64,000 bases of DNA from assembly GCA_965655095.1 (NCBI GenBank), contig OZ296657.1:67580001-67644000 (forward strand), written 5' to 3'. The DNA comes from Haplodiscus bocki. Taxonomy: Eukaryota. Made by a program: the position numbers and the translations under genes. The stretch's first letter is position 1. The number at the start of each line of letters is the position of its first letter. Under the pieces are notes generated by a model. That model was not told the origin of the DNA. It was given only the letters and a program-made list of their open reading frames with translations, and searched no databases. Of this stretch, positions 58,456 to 64,000 are shown piece after piece.

Positions 58456-61349
58456 ATAATCACTAGTCTGTGTACTAATGGGTGTTTGTTTTCTTGGCTT
58501 ATATCAGATTCGATTAATTGTCTTTGGTCGCATCCACTGGCAAAACGGGGGTGTTAGGAAGTGATTAGGAAAATTCTCCTTCGTCTCCAATGGTTTATGT
58601 CACCATTTTGATTGCCAAGTTTATTCGGTTGATGTGTCACATTTTCAATTCGTCCCGCGTGATTGATTACTTCCGAAAGGATTGAATAAAAGGTCCTCCC
58701 AAACCATTTGCATCATAATATCTATGCAAAAATAAATATCCGAAAAAAGGTGTAATTTCTGTCTAAAATTCAGTAATTAATGATTTCCAACAAAAAGGTC
58801 ATGGGTATAAAATGAGCACATCATCACACGTGGCTTCTGATGCAATTTTTGGCAATATACATTTTGTTTTACTTATTTTCGATATTCAAGGTCAAAAAAT
58901 GCGATTTTCTGGAAGTAATGAAATCTCCCATCCATAAAAGCGATTCTTGGTCAATTTGAGGTCTTCTTCCTCAACGTATCAATTTTTTTCAGGGTAGAGA
59001 TGGTTATTTTCTGTTATCACGTTCAAATGAAAGTATTTTAACGAAAAGATGAGCTCTTTAGCTGGTCTCAACAAAAAGTTTTCTAATTTTTTGAAAAAGC
59101 ACCGATTTTGGCCATTTTTGGCTACCTAGGTTCCACTTCTTAGTCGATTTTTTCAACGTACTGGCAAAATTTCAAAACATCCTTGGAATGTTTACTGGGT
59201 GGAATACTAGGGACAATGTGTTAAGTTTTGAGCTTTCTATTTCTTTTGGCCTGTCGGGTGGGGGTAGCCGTTTTGCAAGTCTTTATTTTCCGAAAACCAA
59301 GGTTTTAGGTAGTTGTCTTTTGTGGAGCGACTTTTTGCAGCTTGCTACGCTTGTTTTATTGTTAATTTTCAATTTCTCCAATAACAGGGTTCCAATTGCC
59401 GCTATTGCGGTTGATTTCTGTTGGCTCTTTGTTGACTAAAAATCGAAAAACTGCGTTTTTTGATGATTTTGGGCTATTTTATGCGTTTTTCGGCCATTTC
59501 TTCCCTAGTTCCTGAAAACCAACGAACATAATAGTACCTTCTTTTCAGGGACATTTGTACACTCAAATCTTTTCCGTTTAAGATTATTCCGGGCATTTGT
59601 TTGATATGTGGTTTGTTCAGATCAATTCAACATTTCCTTCAGTGCACTTTTCGTTTGCAACAATTTTTCAATAACTTAGTTTCGTCCGATTTTGCTCATA
59701 TTTCAAACTTAAATTTTCCTATGGTTGTATTTTACAATGGTGAAAACCGTTTGTCGTTATCTTCTTTCATCTTTGAGAAATTTGGATGCAAACATTGGGG
59801 ACTTTTTAAAAAAAAGGCTCTAATTTTGGGTAGCGAGAGCGTATTTATGCTAAAACGTGGGGTGGTAGCGGCCGTGCGCGTGGTCAGAAATCAATCCAAA
59901 ATTAATCCTAGTGTATTATTTTTGTGTTAATAGCAATTTGTTTCCACTCCGTTTTCAATTTTAATCACCTTTAAGGTTGCAAATGAACTGAGAGTTTACA
60001 ATTTTACCGTTTTCCGGACCGCATTAAGTTTTTTTCAATTCTTCGACAACTTCTATTTTTCAAAATGCAATGAACATCACCCAACTTGTTTTCCTTGAAA
60101 TGTAGTTTTCATTGGTGAAAACCGTTTTGCTCTATCCATAATAGTCTTTGGCAAAATTGACGTTAACGTTCGGGTTCGTTTTGGACCAAGTTTTAAACTT
60201 AATACTAAATTAGCTGTTTACTCACATAGAGCGTCTTTATGCGCTCTCATTTCAATAATATTAATGTTTATATCTTATGTCTTATCGAGTACCTTTCAAT
60301 TTAAATAATACTAGTTGACAATCAAAATTTAATAAACATTTGTTGCAAAGAAAAACGCTTGGGCAAATCTCACACTATAACTGAAAATAACATGTAAGTT
60401 CATCATATAAGTCTTCCGGAATGGTATTTCTAAATTATTAAAATTTTCATTTTAGTTCGAGCATTAAGTTTAGTTACAACATTAAAATTGTTCTCACGCT
60501 AAGTTTTGAGTATATCTTTATCATTTATTCAAAATTAAAAACGGTAAACTCATTCATAGTAAAAGTTTGTTATTTATTTTCCTTTATTTTGCTGAGTTTC
60601 CACCATTTTGCTGAAGAATCAGCGGGAATCCTATGAGCAGCAAAATGCAAAATCTGGTGATAAGTTGTTTCTAGCTTGGATTTGATGTTTCTGAATGAAA
60701 TAAAGTAACACACTTACAAAAATCATCAATGGGAAGTAATGTTGGACTTTTTTGAGTACATGTCAGTACGTTATTGAGCTTTCTCAAGGAGAGAGTTATT
60801 AAAACTGATGTCCGCTATTTTGTACAAAACACGCGACTTTTAAAAACGTTGAATTTTCTTTATATTTTCTGAAAGTAACCCGAAACTCCTATTATATTTA
60901 CATGAACAAGGAAAATTCAATGAAACGTTTGAACCAAAGGAATTCTCAAGCAATTGATGAGGTACCAAAATTTCCGGCTGCAAATTTTTTGGCCTCGTTA
61001 GACATGCGTTTTCTGACATTTACTTCCTCTTTGCTACAGTTGGAGTAATGATTGCTCTGTTAGGCTTGTAATACCTAGAGTTGGAGTCTTAGGTTTGAAG
61101 CTAACTTCAGTTTAACTGTTTGGCATTTCCGTTTTCGTTATAAAATACAGAGAGAAAGCTGCCATTTAACTGAAATTTTACTATTCACCAAACTAGAGGA
61201 AGTATTCAGGGTAGAAAAAAATTGTGGAAGCAACTTCAGTTTATGATTATTCAAAAGTGGATGAAAAATGGGCAACTAAAGGAAAATAATATGAAAACTT
61301 ATTCAAGGTGATGAAGGCATTGGATCACTTGTGTGTTGTAGGAGAGAAC

Positions 61350-62200
61350 TCGCGGCAACGATCTTTCCTGTTAATCTTCACTCATTCTCACAAACTCTCT
61401 GGCCAAGAATATCTCTTCCTCAACAGTGGGTGGGGCCTCTAGGTACCGTTGTTCAGCGTACTTGCCTGCTAGGGACCGGGGTAGATCCTGATCATTTTTG
61501 ACTCCAGGTCTGAATTTGCTCTGAATCTTATGACGGCAATTTTCTATCAATTTATCGCGTGAGGAGTTACTTTTCAAATTTTCTAACACGTCTATGTACT
61601 GCATGATGAACTCTCCGGGCCTTCATTCTCGAGTAGCAAAAAAATCCTATTTTTCGCACCACTAGCTCGGACACCGAATCTTCTAGACGGAAATTGGAAA
61701 ATTTCATCAAGTTCTCCGATCTCAAACTCAATTTCACTCAAGATAAAATCTTTTGGTTCATCCTCTTAGTAGTTAATCCATAACCACACCCTCTCAGAAA
61801 AGTTACAAGACTTTGTTGGTCCTATGTTTTATGCTGGTGATCCATCCCACCACATTTCCCTTGAAGATCCACTGCGAATTCCCTTGAAAACTGTAGGCTC
61901 AACATTCCAATTATTCCTCTGCTGGCTCCGAAAGCGTGTAAATCATTAACTTGGTGACCTTGTTGCCAGGTACGTCGGTAGCTGCTGTGGGTGGCTCTGG
62001 CTCCTTGCTGCTTTCCAACAGCCCTATGTTAAATTGCGTCCCTTTGCTCATCTTGGGCCAACCTCGAAGGAATTCCATTTTCCTGGTGCTGAGAAAAAAG
62101 TCGTATGAAATGCGTTGTTGAGCCTTGCATTCTTTCAGTCGTGTCCTATACATCAATTTGCGTTTGCTTTCAGTGGCTGTGATCAGCTTCCTGATCAGCA
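61350..62200 (-). pseudogene. Degraded retrotransposon gag fragment
   Basis: FATRE*RPGEFIMQYIDVLENL matches the gag 'F..R.Q..GE.I..Y...LE.L' pattern. Confidence 0.45.
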
Positions 62201-64000
62201 AGGTTGACTCAGTTGCGAGTCACCGCTATGATCCTTGATTTGGGTTCTGGGCCCCTACGATTATCTTCATTGCGCCCGTTAGCTACTGTAGGTAATTTTC
62301 TTCTGTTTGGTTGCTGTGAATTGATCTGATGCCCACCAAAGATTGAAACATTTGATCATCTATCTGGTTGACCTAGGTTTGTGAAGTAACCAAGTTAACG
62401 TCAGAAATATTCATGAAATCCTGCATGTGTCCACGCGTTGTTGAATCGTGAGAGTTTCACTCTCAGTAGTTTTAGTGTGATCAAAATTCTCATGATTCCG
62501 AGCTTCGAGGTGTCGCCGAAAGTTTTCCAGCTGTTGTTAGTGACGACTTTGTCTTCGCCGCACCTATGTGCTCAAACAGTTCTTACTTTATTTGAGTTCA
62601 CCGTTGATGCCACCCAGGCATTTCAATTTGTCACTAGTCATCGTGGGTTCCACAGAGGCTCAATTAATGCTCGACTTATGTCGATTATCTCAACATCTGG
62701 CACGAAAGTCAGGAAGTAACCTCTAGTTGTCTCGGAGGTCGTCGTCTAGGTTTCACCTCCTTCGTTGTCCCAACAGCAGCTGCTTTTGCGGTGTGGTACT
62801 GGTGCTAGGTTGTTGGTCGACAAAGAGCTAAATTGTGGAACTGTTGGTTGTTATTAAAACCTCTTTCAATGAGGTGAGGGTTGAGCAATTTTGAAAAAAC
62901 CAGGCTGACAAAGGTCTTCGATTTCGGATTATTGGGTTGTTGGCCTCTTTTCGGCAACATTTATCTCACGTTCCGAAGATCTTGGCTGGACCTGGGTATC
63001 CTCACGTTTGTTGAACGGATAAATTTGATGGAATTGAAGCAAAATGTCTCCAACAACTTGAAGGTTTATCAAAACATAACATCGTGTTTCTTTTGACATT
63101 TGAGGCACCGATTATACAAAATTCTTACCAGCTGTGTCACTTTTTAAAAACTACAGTTTTGCAGACTCCTCCTAACCCCTATCAAAAGAAGAAGAAACGT
63201 GGTTTTTGTTCCCGAAGACTGCGTTAGCCAATTGACATTTATCGACAATAAAGAATTTACGTTTTTCGATTTCTCCCTGATTTTTGAGCACCTTCTGACA
63301 TCTCCAATTTCGTTACACGAGACTTTGGGACTTGGTTTTGGCTTTGGCACCTTTCTGGGTGGACAAGACTCGCAAAAAGAGGCACTGGAGAATGTGAAAG
63401 GTAATTACAAGTTCCAGGAAAGCAGAAAGTGGTGTTTCTGTTGTTTTCATGGGTGAAAATTTGCGCACGCCCGTGACACTCTGGGTATAGCAGTGCGGGT
63501 TCTAGATACTATGCTTTTCAGCAATGCTTTTGACCTGCGGTATCCAACGTACTTTTAATGACTTTCGTGCCAATAAAACTCGACAAGACTTTCAAAGTTG
63601 ACTTTTTCGATCGGAAAACATGTCGTTTTCCGGTGTCGATTTCTAAGTGGTCAAAATTTGCTATTAATACTCCGATCGTCCTCAAGCTCATTTGGCCTCT
63701 TCTCCGATTACAGCTAGCACAGAAAACAAAAACTTGAGGTCTGTACGACCCTGGGAAATTGCTTGACTTTTCTTGAAAAGTGTGCCGAAATCACAAGTTT
63801 TACACATCCCAGAGCTCAGAATGCAGCAGTCTGCTAACGTTTCTGCTGGTTGGATGACAATCAAAAATGTAATCTCCTGGAGGATTGCGTTCGAATATCA
63901 TTTCATCCAAGGCTGCTACACTTTCAAATTCCGGAGCGAACGATTTTCTGATATTTCTTTGCTGATTGCGTATCACTAATCACGTCATGTAAATGGACCA

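Noticed and set aside
58700-60250. Non-autonomous DNA transposon (repeated tggtgaaaaccgttt at ~59738 and ~60113)
   Set aside because: The internal repeat is visible, but no TIR or TSD could be fixed.
1-64000. Unistrand piRNA-cluster-like organisation
   Set aside because: Elements lie on both strands with no clear bias; small-RNA data would be needed.
62200-64000. Further retroelement coding sequence
   Set aside because: No recognisable motif in any frame I could reconstruct.

Overview
Repeat-dense, AT-rich eukaryotic DNA, most likely from an animal, with one 200-N gap (11616-11815) and no conventional host gene. The window is a nest of mobile elements. (1) 1-477(-): a Ty3/Gypsy gag fragment. 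(2) ~1130-11615(+): a Ty3/Gypsy element (B) with a hairpin cluster, an E2F/FOX/TATA promoter, gag, a UUUAAAC -1 frameshift and PR-RT-RH-IN. No 3' LTR follows pol. Instead there is an antisense gene of at least 5 exons with four GT-AG introns, giving one stop-free frame of ~782 codons, and its product reads as a hAT-transposase fold with all three catalytic positions altered. This is the main candidate for a novel system. (3) 11918-13200(-): the 5' end of a sister element with the same promoter motifs and different-sequence hairpins. (4) ~20.3-30.6 kb: a heavily decayed Maverick/Polinton (pPolB N-terminus, ATPase, integrase, minor capsid, core, major capsid, protease). (5) ~31.2-37.2 kb: a decayed Gypsy with an env-like remnant. 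(6) 37.5-44.3 kb(-): another Gypsy. (7) ~44.35-54.85 kb: a second, very AT-rich Maverick-like virus with a different gene order, two minor-capsid genes, an LYPSAPL membrane protein and a palindromic 18-bp array. (8) A MITE, a probable solo LTR and further remnants. All family assignments come from manual translation and motif recognition; no searches were run, and boundaries of decayed elements are approximate.
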